Assembly: GCF_006345805.1 (NCBI RefSeq)
Contig: NC_043004.1
Span: forward strand, 36,394,001 to 36,458,000
Length of the DNA: 64,000 nt
Origin: Octopus sinensis
Taxonomy: Eukaryota
Reading direction: 5' to 3'
Below the pieces are notes generated by a model. That model was not told where the DNA came from. It saw nothing but the letters and a program-made list of their open reading frames with translations, and did no database searches. Position 1 is the stretch's first letter, and every line of letters begins with the position of its first letter. The position numbers and the translations under genes were made by a program. Shown in pieces: positions 13,781 to 27,671 of the stretch.

Positions 13781-13811
<31 letters not shown>

Positions 13812-15415
13812 GTACATATACGTGTGTGTGCGTGTGTGTACTTTGTGTGCAGCTAAATTAACCTTGTTGATTACATCTACTACTTAAACTACATGTAACA
13901 TACCTTAATACCTAGTTAACAGGACCCTGATTTTGAATAAAGTGTTAATACGGTATTCAAATTAATTACTCCAATTCTTTGCAGCTACTGGAATTGGTGA
14001 AAATATATATAAATAGATAGATTGGCCTCTTGTTTATCTGGGATTGGTCAAATTGATGCAGTACCTCTGAGGAGAACCTAAGATTCGAAAATCCATTAAA
14101 ACTGTTCAACCTTCATTCTAATCTATTAAGAAATTGCTAAATTAGCCCTTTTTATACAATCTACTATATAGGTCTCTCTAGATAATTCAGGTTTTACAGA
14201 AATTCGCGCGCATATACATACCCACATACATTTATTTACATATGTGTGCGTGGTTTGTGTGTGTGTGTGTGTGTGCTTCTATGTATAATATGGGAATTTG
14301 TAGCGTATCTTTTCATACCTGTTAGATATTCATGTTTTTTTTTTTCCGTATCATTTTAACCGATGTAATTTCAGCAACTTGTGCCAATGTAAGAAACCAA
14401 CTTTCTAATGGCACTAAGGCTATCAAAATTCCTGCTGTTCTGCAAAAGAAAACATTCAGTAACTGGACACAAACACACAATCAACACAAAATCAACACAA
14501 AACTGAAGTGAATGTTGGAGTCATCGACGAATTCCTGGAGGGTGATATCCCGGCATGACTTCAATCCAACAATTAAAGTTAGTAGAAGTATAAAATAATA
14601 AACACACAGAGTATGAGTTGGTGTGTGTGAGTGTGTCAGTATGTGTGCGTGTGTGTATGTAATATGTAATATATACAGATTATACATAAGCGCACTCCTA
14701 TAACTTTTGTTAGGTTAACTAAGCACTGGTTCTATCATTGAAAGTCTATCAACGCTCGCTAATTGTGACATAATGGGCTAATGTCTTGGAATTCGCTATA
14801 ACACAAATTAACAGCATCCAAACTTATAGCATATTATTAAGGAACCCAACGAGTAACCTTATGCGTATTTAACAATGCCACGTCTGAGCAAAAAGCTAAA
14901 CAGGCAAAGAACCTAACTTGTTACCTGCAGTGTCAAAATCTTTGATCCTTAGTGTATCGATCTATAAAGATCTATTTAGGATTTTCATGTTAAATATTCA
15001 CATTTATGGTTACTTAAAGTATTGTTTGATTACATGAAACTGCAAAGTAACTTTCAGTTTTATTACAGAAGATAAATTTAAAGAATGGACACAGTGAGTT
15101 TAGTTGCGTTTAACATAAAATAAGGAATTCAACTAAACATAACCATTTGTTGCAATCAAGAAGTTATGACTTAGTCTGCGATCAGCTCTGATTAGATAGA
15201 TGTATAATCAAAGCAGATTAGAGATTTTCAGAACTATAAGAAGAAGCAACAAGAAGATAAATGGAGAGTGTGTAGCAGGTGATACTGTGTGTATGGGGGG
15301 GGGGTTATGAAGAGATTGTGAGTGGAAGAAAGAGGAGTGAAAACAGTGGCATGAATTCATCTTTATGCACTTGTATAAACCATACTATATAATATATATA
15401 CATATATATATAATA

Positions 15416-15461
<46 letters not shown>

Positions 15462-16528
15462 GTCTCATTGTATATTTCTGAGTAACGGTGGAATGAATTA
15501 TAGCAAAGATAAAAAAAATGTAACTGTATAATTCATACCTACAGTAAAAAGAAAATATTTCTGCTCAAAAACTCTATCATTTTTGAAATACAGTCACATT
15601 CTAAGCTATTAATATCTATTCAAAATATAATCGATAGACAAAGAAGAAACAGCCTACAAATATTATTAGTTTATTGCAAAACATCTAATGAAAAATAAAT
15701 ACGGCGAACAAAAATATAATTATCAATAATTTCACAGATTTATAGACGTGAAATTTAGGTTAAGTGAACAAAAGAACTTCGTCTTAAATAGCGGTGAATA
15801 ATTCAAACAATCTGCTATTTATCTTGTCACTACATTTTTTTAATGCCATGAAGGCGTCATATATCTTATTTGGCAATTACATATTCACAGGCGTCTTTAA
15901 AATGCTTAAAATGTTAAGCACCGCCATCATCGTTATGGAGGCAGTGAGAAGCAACACAGGTATGGCGGCGAACAAGGTATATTTTGATATTCAATGCCAG
16001 TCATTTAAATTCTGAGTATAATATTTCGCCGTGGTTAACTTTTGCCATTCATATTTCTAGTAAAGATAAAATAAAAATCTAGTCAAATAGCGAGGAGGAT
16101 TAAATCGTGTATACTCCTCCCAGAATTAGTGGTGAATCGTAGAATCGATAAAGAAGTGCATAAAGATTTGATGGACACACTTGTCTTTAGATGCTGAGTT
16201 CAAACTCTATCGGTTTTTATTTATTATTCATCCTTCTAGAGTTGATAAAACATAAACCAAACAAATAATGATGACGATTATCTCAGAACTGCCAACGCAG
16301 AAGTTACTAGGCTTTATTATTTTACCGACCGCAGTTACCCAACAGTAATATTTTAACTACCGTCCCTCTCTGCTTACTGATACTTCTTCAACGTCACACT
16401 TTCCTACCATTCAGCATAATTTAATACACTATATGTACATACGGAGATATTATTTTTATACTTTCTAAACTTTTCTGTTCCTTATCTCCCCTACTTCGCT
16501 CTCCCGTGTGACCCTTCTGCTCGGCATT

Positions 16529-16719
16529 CGCCATGATAGGTCGGTAGCCACTACACGCATTTTTTTTCTCTCCTTGTTTCTTTCTGTGTTCCTTTCTGTG
16601 GAAGAGCGTAGGCTCGAAACGTTAAAGACTTTTTCAATTTCCAAGCGTTATACTAATACATCTGTTTGTTTTCTACACCACCTGTCTTCGTCTTTTGTTT
16701 TTTTTTTCGTGAATTCTCC

Positions 16720-16722
<3 letters not shown>
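16529..16722 (+). mobile_element. Short interspersed repeat resembling a Penelope pseudo-LTR, copy 1
   Basis: Homologous to 17801-18003; contains gaagagcgtaggctcgaaacgt, similar to PLE terminal-repeat ends; followed by (TA)n. The repeat is certain, the PLE origin is inferred. Confidence 0.5.
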
Positions 16723-17653
<931 letters not shown>

Positions 17654-17769
17654 TGTGTGTGTGTGCAAGTTAGGGCGTTGCCTACTATTACAGGTGCAGT
17701 GGCATCTTTATCACATGTATGGTAATACGCAACAATTTTAACTGTCTTTTAAATATATTTTTATTGTTT

Positions 17770-17800
<31 letters not shown>

Positions 17801-17803
<3 letters not shown>

Positions 17804-18002
17804 AGATCGCCATGATAGATCGTTAGCTCCTACACGCATTTTTTTCTCTCCTTGTTTTTTTTTCTGTGTATCTTTCTGTCGAAGAGCGTAGGCTCGAAAC
17901 GTAAAAGACTTTTTCTATTTCTATTCCTGAGCGCTATACTAATACTTTGTTTGTTTGTACTCCACCTGCCTTCGTCTTTTGTTTATTTTCGTAAACTTTC
18001 CG

Positions 18003-18003
<1 letters not shown>
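17801..18003 (+). mobile_element. Short interspersed repeat resembling a Penelope pseudo-LTR, copy 2
   Basis: cgccatgatag..cg.tagc.c.tacacgcattttt.tctctccttgttt...gaagagcgtaggctcgaaacgt; flanked on both sides by (TA)n. Confidence 0.5.
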
Positions 18004-18055
<52 letters not shown>

Positions 18056-18937
18056 GTTCGAATACATTTGGGTTTCCTTATATATTCATATGCTCAAATC
18101 TATTATTATTGTTGATGTTGTTTTATTGTTTTTGGCGTTGTTGTGATTAAGCAAGTTAAATTAATGATCAAATTTTATCAAATTAATATTTAAATTGTAG
18201 AAAAACTGAAAAAAAGACTGTACAGATGCATCTATCATTTCTAACTCTCTCTCTAACTCGTTTTGCACTGTTTCTGACTGGGTGGTGTGGCTCATTTTGA
18301 AAGGCATTGCCTTAAGTGGATGTTAAACAAATTTATAGTTAACTTTCTCTGCTGGCAGTTATAGCTTTGTATTTATCATACATCTATTTCTGTATGCTTC
18401 TTCTGTGTACATCAATGGGACAGTGGACTCTTTTCTATATAAATGCACTGTTCAGCGATCAAGTGCTGTATAGATTACAGGATGCAAATTGTCCAGCAAC
18501 ATGATTCTTTGAGTACAAATAGTAAATTTTGCGTTCTCTGACCAGAAATAGTTTTAAATAAATTTTTAATATTAGAGACCGAGTGAAAGTTATTTATTCT
18601 AGAAATGATTACAATTATTTCATAAGTTAAATTGTCCATATCCTGATGTTGACAAACTGTAGAAAAGGAAAATATCTCATAGGATTTCTTTTGAATTTCG
18701 TACATATTCTTTTGTTCATTTTGGGGTGAAAAATGCATGTTTTCTTCTTTCAAAACTGGATTAGCTTCAATTATTTTTTATTCGTAAAAGAGCGACCAAA
18801 TATGAGGAGCTTGAGGAATGACTAGAACAGTTTTTGTTTCGTGTTCGAAGGAAACGGCACAGTTGACCGCTGTCTTGTTTTTAAGTAAACATTAAGTAGT
18901 ATTTTCCTATTGACAATGAAATTATATTTGATATTGC

Positions 18938-19298
18938 AGCATTGCTTCCTAACCACATGGTTTCAGGTTCAATCCCACTGCGTAGCACCTTGGTCAAGTG
19001 TCTAGACTTGGGCCGACCCCAGCCTTGTGAGGGGAGTGGATTTGGTAGACTGAAACTGAAAGAAGCTCGTCTTTGTGTGTGTGTGTTTGCGTGACTTTGT
19101 GCTTGTCTCCCACCACTGCTTGACAACCAGTGTTGATATGTTTATGCCCCCGTAACTTAGTGGTTCGGCAAAAAAGAACGATAGAATAAGTAAATGGCTT
19201 TCAAAAAATAATGATGGGTCGATTCGTAAAGTTGAAATAAGGCGATGCCCCAGCATGACCGCAGTCTCATGACTGCAACAAGTAAAAGAATAAACGAA
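18938..19298 (+). mobile_element. SINE family A, diverged copy with damaged 5' end
   Basis: Shares aaccacatgg..ttcaatcccactgcg..caccttgg.caagtgtct, gtggatttggtagac.gaaactgaaagaagc and the tail aagtaaaagaa with the copy at 1-389. Confidence 0.8.
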
Positions 19299-19483
19299 TA
19301 CAATACGTTTGCCAACACTTAGACACACTTTAATATTTAAATGAGTAAAATATTTTCGTGAAGAAAATTATTCATAAGACTAAAACCCATGAATAACTGC
19401 GTTGTTTTCGTAGAATTTAAAAGCAATTTTTTACATGTAAATTAAAATAAAATAAAATAGCGATATTTTCTGAAGACCATGAT

Positions 19484-19600
19484 TTCAAATTGTGCCAAAG
19501 CTGGGTTTGCCATCTTTTCAGGGTCGATGAAATAAGTACCGGTCAAGTTCTGCGTCCCCGCAAATTTCAACCTTTGCGCCTATAGAAGGAAGGATTATTA
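19484..19600 (+). mobile_element. SINE family C fragment, internally deleted
   Basis: gggtcgatgaaataagtacc and tail ttgcgcctatagaaggaaggattatta resemble other family C copies. Confidence 0.55.
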
Positions 19601-19744
19601 CCTAAAGATTTAACCAAAATAATAATAATAATCTTTTATCCACTGAGTGTTCACGTAAGTTTGGGGAGAGTACAAGATAATACAAAAAGAATGGGATTGA
19701 AACGTTTAAAGAATAACAATGAAAATTCTAAAAATTAAAATTCT

Positions 19745-21525
19745 CAAGAAAATTCCAAGGGTTGTTCGTGGAGGCCCCCACACGAAATCACGTTCGCCCT
19801 GACCTCTAAGACAAGTGCCTTCTCCTCTTCACCTACCCTTGATCTAGAGTTACATGTTTAGTGTAGGCTCATTCACTCGGCCCATTCGCGCTACATTCAT
19901 CCATCTTTTAAACAAAATTGCTGCGAGTCAGCATTCCTCTCTTCAAATGGAATTTGAACAAGTTGATGACGGCTTGGCCAATGAGGAAAGTATCTCGCTT
20001 CAGCCCTTTGGACCTGGTCCACAACACAACCTCTTTCGCTAAGGCCATCAGACAAAGAAACACTGTCTGCCCTTCTCGACCAAAGTAAGGCGGCGGAGTG
20101 ACCTTCACGATGGACTCAGATCCGTCCTACAAGCGACAGCAGGTGTTCGACATAAACCTACAAGTCAGCAACGCTCGAGTACCGGACGAGAGCGTACAGA
20201 ACAATTTCGTCGCTCTGCGTGCACCTCGGACAAGCCCGGCTAATGACATTTCCATGCCTATAGAGTTTATTCCGACAGGCAATGTCCTGCTCCTAGTAGC
20301 ACTACCAGGTCAAGGATTTCTGGAAGTTATCCTTATGCTATGGCCCGAAAGTCCTGTGGCATAGACCAGCCAGCCCATTCTCGTCGACGCCCAGATTCTT
20401 CCTGAAAATGTCGTTGCATTCCGACTGTATTGCTCGACTGGCAGAAGATTGTGAGCGCCTGATCACACTCTAGGTGCCAGGCATCCTGCCTCGATCTACG
20501 CTTGATCCAGGACTGCAAAGAGACGAGATGTAGAAAATCCTGTCTGACAAACGGTGGCCACACCTGCTCGTCGTCTAGGAAGCACTGGTGATATCGCAGC
20601 CTCAGTGCATGTCTGCGCATCAGCAGCTACAACATACTCAGTCCTCCATTCAGTGGGTGTTGACAGCAAATGGAGCGCCTGACCAGTGGAACGCGTCCCT
20701 TCTAAAGAATACGCGCTCAAGTTTTTTGAGACGTAATCTCGAGCAAAGAAAGATGGTCAGGTGGTAATATACGACGGAGGCGATGTAAGCATTCGTTAAC
20801 TCTACCCGAACCTTGAGGGAAGCCTTCTCTGAGGTAAATTGGCCACCCCGCCCGTTACTTTGTCGCAGCTCTTTACCGTCTGGAGGTGTGAACCAAACTA
20901 GACCCCAAGCAATTTAACTGATCACTCCGTCCAGCATCCCACGATGTAAATTACTCTGCATAGACGTGCCTTTCCAAGTACCGAGCTGCAAGCCCACTGA
21001 TATTTCTTAGTAAATCTTTGCTCCTGTCACCGCCTCGTATGCCGACACGGTTCTCCCACGCGCTAGTTCGTGCGGGATGCCTCACGATCCCTCAAATTTC
21101 CTCAGTAGTGATCCTAGATCCAGAACACACCAAAGAGATGGAAACGGACACCCTTGAGGAACTGAACGCATAATGCTGAATGATTCCGATAGGTAACAAT
21201 CCGCCCGAGCAACCGAGCAGATGTCGATGTAGATTGTAGCGATTCAGCCACGGAAAACAGGACCGAAACCGACTGTCGTGAGAACGACCACCAAGTATTG
21301 ATGTCGACCATTTCGAAGGCTTTCGACTGATCCAAATTAGTCATGGCCCCACCCATGCCAGTTTATTTATTCACCCTGTCTGTAATGCATTGCATGAAGT
21401 GGAGGTTGTTGTGGATTGATCTGCTTGGGATTATGCACATTTGCGCGTCATCATTCAGTTCCTCCACGACAAGCGCCACCTTAGCCAAAATTTTGAAATC
21501 TATGATCAGTAGTGTATGGCCCTAA
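19745..21525 (-). mobile_element. Tx1/L1-clade LINE, 5'-truncated, RT to C-terminus
   Basis: IPSRSIHNNLH...MGGAMTNLDQSKAFEMVD, ..QGCPFPSL.. (QGCPLSP equivalent), FLDDEQVWPPFVRQDF, FLCLMALAKEVVLWTR; many frameshifts; visibly more GC-rich than flanks. Confidence 0.82.
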
Positions 21526-23701
21526 ACATTTCTGTTTGATGTCTCTTGTTTGGGTCCTATTTCTTTCAGCAGTGCCACCGCTCCTCGACAAATAGAATCT
21601 AAATAATATATTATAGAAACAGAAGTTTTATTGCAAAAAGAAAAGTGTTCGTCTTTGCATTATATTTAAAAACATTTATAACAATAGTATGAGTTGCTGC
21701 CATCTCAAAGACTGAAGGACAGAAATCTTGATAAGAGATCATAACCTAAGAGGATATTTTCGCTACACAAAGACTTGAGTATCATATTTAACATGGCTGA
21801 CAAACTATCAACAATAGACACTTCTCACTTACTTATTAGAAACTTCGTCAAAGTACGTGATGCCGACACAAACCAGAAAGTTTAGAAAGAAAACTTTATA
21901 TCTATTGACAGTTTCCAAGATTTCCTAATATATTCTTTGGTCAGAAGTCGTATTTTGTGAAGAAAGGAGAAAATATCACGCCTCTTAAATGCAGATGCGA
22001 TGTGTGCTTGCCGTTGTGTAATATTTCAACAGTCATGAAACTGTGTCCTATTATCACGTTATATATGGAAGGAGAATCACTTATTGGAGAGAGAGAGAGA
22101 GAGCTAAGAGAACTTAGCGCCGACTGTGTGAAGGTGAAGCAATACTTCAACATTCCGAAAGTGAACATTTTATGATGGGTTCTAACACAGACACACACAC
22201 TCACACACTCACACACAGACACATACGCACGTACACACATACACACACATTATATACAGTATATTTGGCTTTACTAATTTGAATATGTGTCTGTGTGTGC
22301 GAAACGCCTATTGAGGCAGAAATACGTGTCCTCTTGTCTTTAGACAGACTTTTCTTTCTTTCTTATTTATTTTGGGAAGCTAAAATGTGGTCGCTAAATT
22401 TGACTCTCATCATGTATGAATGTGAGGCCTGTGGTGGTATGTCGGACTGGTCCCTCTAAGGCAGAAGCTATTAAAAAGACTATCAACCCCTCTATCATCT
22501 CTGCCCCTTACAACCACACATTGAAACTAATAGCGTGTGCCCTCCACTAAGTGCAAACTCATCTTTCTCATATTCTTCCCTTCCATATCACCAAATTTAT
22601 TGCCCAAACGCTTCTCACCTCTGCGATCCATTTCACAAACCTAACACCCCAAGACATCACAGAATCTCCACCTTTGACATGAACATAACGCCACTAATAT
22701 AGATACATGCATTCGCAGTCACACACACACACACACACATTCGCATATATACACACACTCACAAACGGATACATAGACACACTAAGAAAAATGTTACTAC
22801 AACTCAAACCGTAAAAGATTGATGAGCAGATAACTGGTTTCGCAATTAGCCGGCGAGAACAATCAAATTTCGTCATTAGTGATAAAATAAGTACTCGTTC
22901 AAAAAAGTAATCTGTGTCTCATACTTAAATTCAATATATCGTGGATTCTTCATAAACTGCAGTAATCGTCTCAAGAAACCATCTGGTATGGATGCATAGT
23001 GTTACAAAGATAGAAAACAACTGCAAATGAAAATTCTTAAGCACTGCTAAATACATATGTTGTCACTTTGTAGTGGGGGCTTCGCCAGTAGTTAATATCG
23101 GCATACTAAAAATAATTGGCAATTACTGCTATAGTATTACGATAATTGAGTAATCACTGGTGTTGTCATTAGCCGGGAATGGAAATAAAGAATTGTTGTT
23201 AGCTTAAAAAAATGCAAAATGTGTCTTCTTTTTCATGTTTAATCCTCAACTGGCGATCGGAGTTGGGACTGTTCTCTCAATGATATATTTTCTGTGTCAA
23301 TACACAGAAATATATCAATAACAAGCCAAAATTATCGAGTATTATTGATGGCATTTCTCGATATTTGTTTGTTTCCTTTGGCTTCATCAGTAGCACGTAG
23401 CCACTGGCACACGCAAGCTTAAACAAATTTGATTATAACTGACATAGTAAATAAATGTCTGAAAAATCACGGGTGTTGGCAATTACGCACAAGTTTAATA
23501 AAAATACGTTACTAGCGACACAAACATTATTAGTTAAAACAAGATATGTCTGTACCATACTTAAAGCTGATACATCGTTGAGTGTCTTATAAACTGCGGT
23601 ATTCGTTTCCAGAAAATAACTCCTATAGTTGTATAATATATAAAAAAAAAGTAGTTATACATGTAGCAAACGAAAATCATCCGGGAACTCAAGTTTCACA
23701 G

Positions 23702-24102
23702 CTCTTTTACTCTTTTATTTGTTTCAGTCATTTGACTGCGGCCATGCTGGAGCACCGCCTTTAATCGAGCAATTCGACCCCGGGACTTATTCTTTGTAAG
23801 CCCAGTACTTATTCTATCGGTCTCTTTTGCCGAACCGCTAAGTGACGGGGACATAAACACATCAGCATCGGTTGTCAAGCAATGCTAGGGCGACAAACAC
23901 AAACATACACGCACACATATATAAACGTATATATATACATATATACGACGAGCTTCTTTCAGTTTCCGTCTACCAAAATCCTCTCACAAGACTTTGGTCG
24001 GCTTTGGTAGAAGACACTTGCCCAAAGTGCCATGCAGTGGGAATGAACCCAGAGCCATGTGGTTGGTAAACAAGCTACTTACCACACAGCCACTCCTGCA
24101 CC
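23702..24102 (-). mobile_element. SINE family A, full length
   Basis: Nearly colinear with 1-389 over long identical stretches; head GGTGCAGGAGTGGCTGTGTGGTAAG on the minus strand. Confidence 0.88.
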
Positions 24103-24261
24103 TGAACACGTAAATCTGCTTCCGTTGTCTTCGTGGCAAGCATCCTCTTTGGTATATTTGTGATGAGAAAGAGAAGCAGCTACTACTAATACAGTGAAAA
24201 AGGGAATTAAAAAAAAACGACTCGTTTGGCAATTAATCGGCGAGTGGAATATAATGATTAG

Positions 24262-24470
24262 TTACTCTTTTACTTGTTTTTCAGTCATTTCACTGTGGCC
24301 ATGCTGGAGCATCACCTTTAGTCGAGAAAATCGACCCCAGGACATTCTTTGTAAGTCTAGTACTTATTCTGTTGGTCTCTTCACTGAACCGCTAAGTTAC
24401 GGGGACATAACACATCATCATCGGTTGTCAAGCGATGTTGGGCGGGGTAAGCACACACACACAAACGTAT

Positions 24471-24518
<48 letters not shown>

Positions 24519-24680
24519 GACGGGCTTCTTTCAGTTTCCGTCTACCAAATCCACTCACAAGGCTTTGGTTGACCCGAGGCTATAGTAGAAGATACTTGTC
24601 CAAGGTACCACTCAGTGGGATTGAACCCGGAACCACGTGTTTGGTAAGCAAGCTACTTACCGCACATCCACTCCTACGCC
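24262..24680 (-). mobile_element. SINE family A, full length, about 160 bp from the previous copy in the same orientation
   Basis: Same head, CORE-like centre and tail as other family A copies. Confidence 0.85.
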
Positions 24681-24884
24681 TAACAGCGTATTTCTAATTT
24701 CTGTACTTATTTTTTCTGTATTATTTTTTCTTCATGATCAGTAAGTATCCTGTAGCAGGCTCGTGCTCAAAAGTTCGGCTGTAACTGCTACAGCAAAACA
24801 GGGGCTGAAAAAGAATCACTGGTGTAACAATTATCCGGTAAGCGAAATAAATTTCGTTGTTAGCGACACCAGTTCGAAAAGCAA

Positions 24885-24997
24885 CAATGTACCTATGAAA
24901 TACAGGTACAGCAGAATGGACTGGAGCACCATAAAATCGAACTCATGACTTTACGATCGCGTGCCGAATACTATAACCACTGAGCCATGAGCCTTCA
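24885..24997 (-). mobile_element. Degenerate tRNA-like SINE head fragment
   Basis: Minus strand gtgaaggctcatggctcagtggttatag...gagttcgatt resembles an A-box/B-box SINE head; no tRNA cloverleaf. Confidence 0.45.
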
Positions 24998-25724
24998 CTA
25001 TACATATATAAAGTACACACACGCGCACACATAAAGCTGTTCTGCAAAATATTTAATCTTAGAAAAAGACAAGATAACAAAATTTATAGATTTGTTTCTT
25101 AATTTTGTATTTGTTAATCTTTATTTCATTTTGACAAAATGAATATAATATTATTCTGTTGTATGGTGTACATTCAATGAAATGCATGCGTGGTATATCA
25201 AGAACGTATATAACATGTTTGTAAGGAAAACATTCTCAACAAAAAATATTTCTTGTATTATAGTTATTGTTATTATTAATAATGTTATTTGTAATATTGT
25301 AATTATTTCATTTTTTTTTTAATTTTATTTAACTTTTTCTTTCTTTTTTTTTGTTTGTTTTAGTTTTCATTTTGAAATCATCCGATCAGTTTTGTGTTTG
25401 GCAACAATGTATTGATACCATCAATCAGTAGATGTGTCAATGTGGTTCATGTATCGATTTCCTTTCGGACATACCCGGCTTTCACTTGATAAAAACTTTA
25501 CTAGATATCACCCAAGAGGCTTTCTCAGACTCGCTTCGAATCATGATTTTGATGATGAATGAAACAAGTGAAGAACTGAAGCAATTAAGAGAGAGAATCA
25601 TCAACCAAAACAACGAAACAAATAATAACAAGGGGTGTGGTCACTGGAAGAAGAAAACACTTGCAGTCAGGGGTAAGAAACTTGTTTATATGCACACACG
25701 AATGCATATAATGCATATGTGAGT

Positions 25725-26008
25725 ATTATATATATATATATGCATATCCGAAGATAATATATACACATATATCGGTGTGAATATATATGTATACGTACAT
25801 GCATGCATATACACACATATAGATATGAATATGTATTCAGTTAGAAAACTTAACAAATAATTAATAATGATAAGGCATATCTGTAATATCAACTTCTATA
25901 CACAACAGATGTTTAAACACAACAAGCGACAATATTCATGGTTTATGCATACTTCTATGCATTTGATTGCTTCGGATATATATTTATCTGTCAACATTCC
26001 ACTTATGC

Positions 26009-26040
<32 letters not shown>

Positions 26041-26590
26041 CTGACGTTCATATCTGAAATATATATGTCCAATATCTAGTTAGGTATGAATATGTAAATA
26101 TATTCGTATTTTCATGAGCATACAGGAATATATACATGTATAAGCAGATATAAATACACACACATAGAGGCATGTATACACCCATTTGTGTTCGTATATG
26201 AAAATATATATATTAATGTATTTATATATTTAAATATACGTGTTTCAGTATCTATACGCTTCTTCAATATATTTACATATAATATATACACACATATACA
26301 CGGATACACTAGCACACACATACACATGATCAGCATACGTATATATGTAAATATGTGTATATACATAAATTAGTATATATATATGCACACACATATAAAA
26401 TTTACATACACGCACTTTCAAATATATATCTTTCAACATACATTTATAGACATCATTACAAACGTATGTTATGTATATATATATATGTATGTATACGTTG
26501 ATATATGTGAGCTATGCATAGTCACACCGATGGACATACACGCACGCACATATATATATGTTTATATATATATATATATATGTGTATAAT
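25725..26590. repeat. Degenerate TA/CA-rich low-complexity block
   Basis: Decayed (TA)n/(CATA)n runs; source of Y/I/H/T/M/C-rich spurious ORFs. Confidence 0.8.
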
Positions 26591-27373
26591 TAAGTGTTAT
26601 ATATATTGTAATGAATGCTAAAATTGAAATTCTAGATTAGCTTTGAACTTGAAATTTTCACAAGTTCTTACTCTGGTTTTAATGTTGCTGATCTTTGAAT
26701 GAAAAGTGGAATTTAATAGTACAATACGAATCTATGAAATCACTTTTTGGAATTTTTTGACAAAAACACACACACACTCTTCAATGAGGCTCTTTTGCAG
26801 CCCTGGAAATTCAATATATTGTTAGTTAAACTTAATAACTATTAGCATAAATATAAAAATTTGCAGAAAATATAAATTACGTGTATAAATAAATACGTTA
26901 TATTTCTGTGTCACCAGATTTACCACCATTGGCGACCTTTCAATATCATTCAAATTTCCTTAATTTTCTTTCGCCATTCTTTCTTTGCTCTTCCGTAACG
27001 CATTTATTTAAGAATTTATTGGTAAATAAAACAATTTAGAAATATTTATATTGCGTTCTCTGAAATATCCAGAAACGTCATTTATTTTCCAAAATTTATT
27101 TCTATATTATTTTATATTTTCTACATATTGTAATACTTCTGCAAACAATTACTCGAATTACCCAACATTATCCTATATCTCCAAAACTTTACCAATATCA
27201 TTAAGTGGACAAACTCCTTAGAACTAGTTGAGGATATGCGCTTATAATAAATTCTTCATTATCATCATATTAATACAAATACTTCATTTTCCGTCGAAGA
27301 TCAGCACCAAGAAATTCAGAGAAACAATCTGGGAAGTTTTATATACATAAGCATATATGAGTGTGCGTCACCA

Positions 27374-27418
<45 letters not shown>

Positions 27419-27631
27419 ATATATATACGTGTATATATTTATATAGAAATATATATATATACGTGTATATAATATATATAGAAATATATCTATAATATAT
27501 ACATACATATATCTATGCATATAACATATGTATAGAGATGCGTGTGTTTGTATATATATATATATACACATGTATATACATATATAATATATATTTTTCT
27601 TTTTGCTTTTCCTTTTCTTGTTTTTCAATTG

Positions 27632-27671
<40 letters not shown>

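Noticed and set aside
15069-15093. 25-nt + strand micro-exon (ttttattacag|...|gtgagt)
   Set aside because: Good splice signals but no partner exons or recognisable peptide; expected by chance in AT-rich DNA.
23360-23392. Minus-strand CTGATGA...GAAAC as a hammerhead ribozyme
   Set aside because: The intervening AGCCAAAG cannot form stem II and no stem I/III pairing was found.
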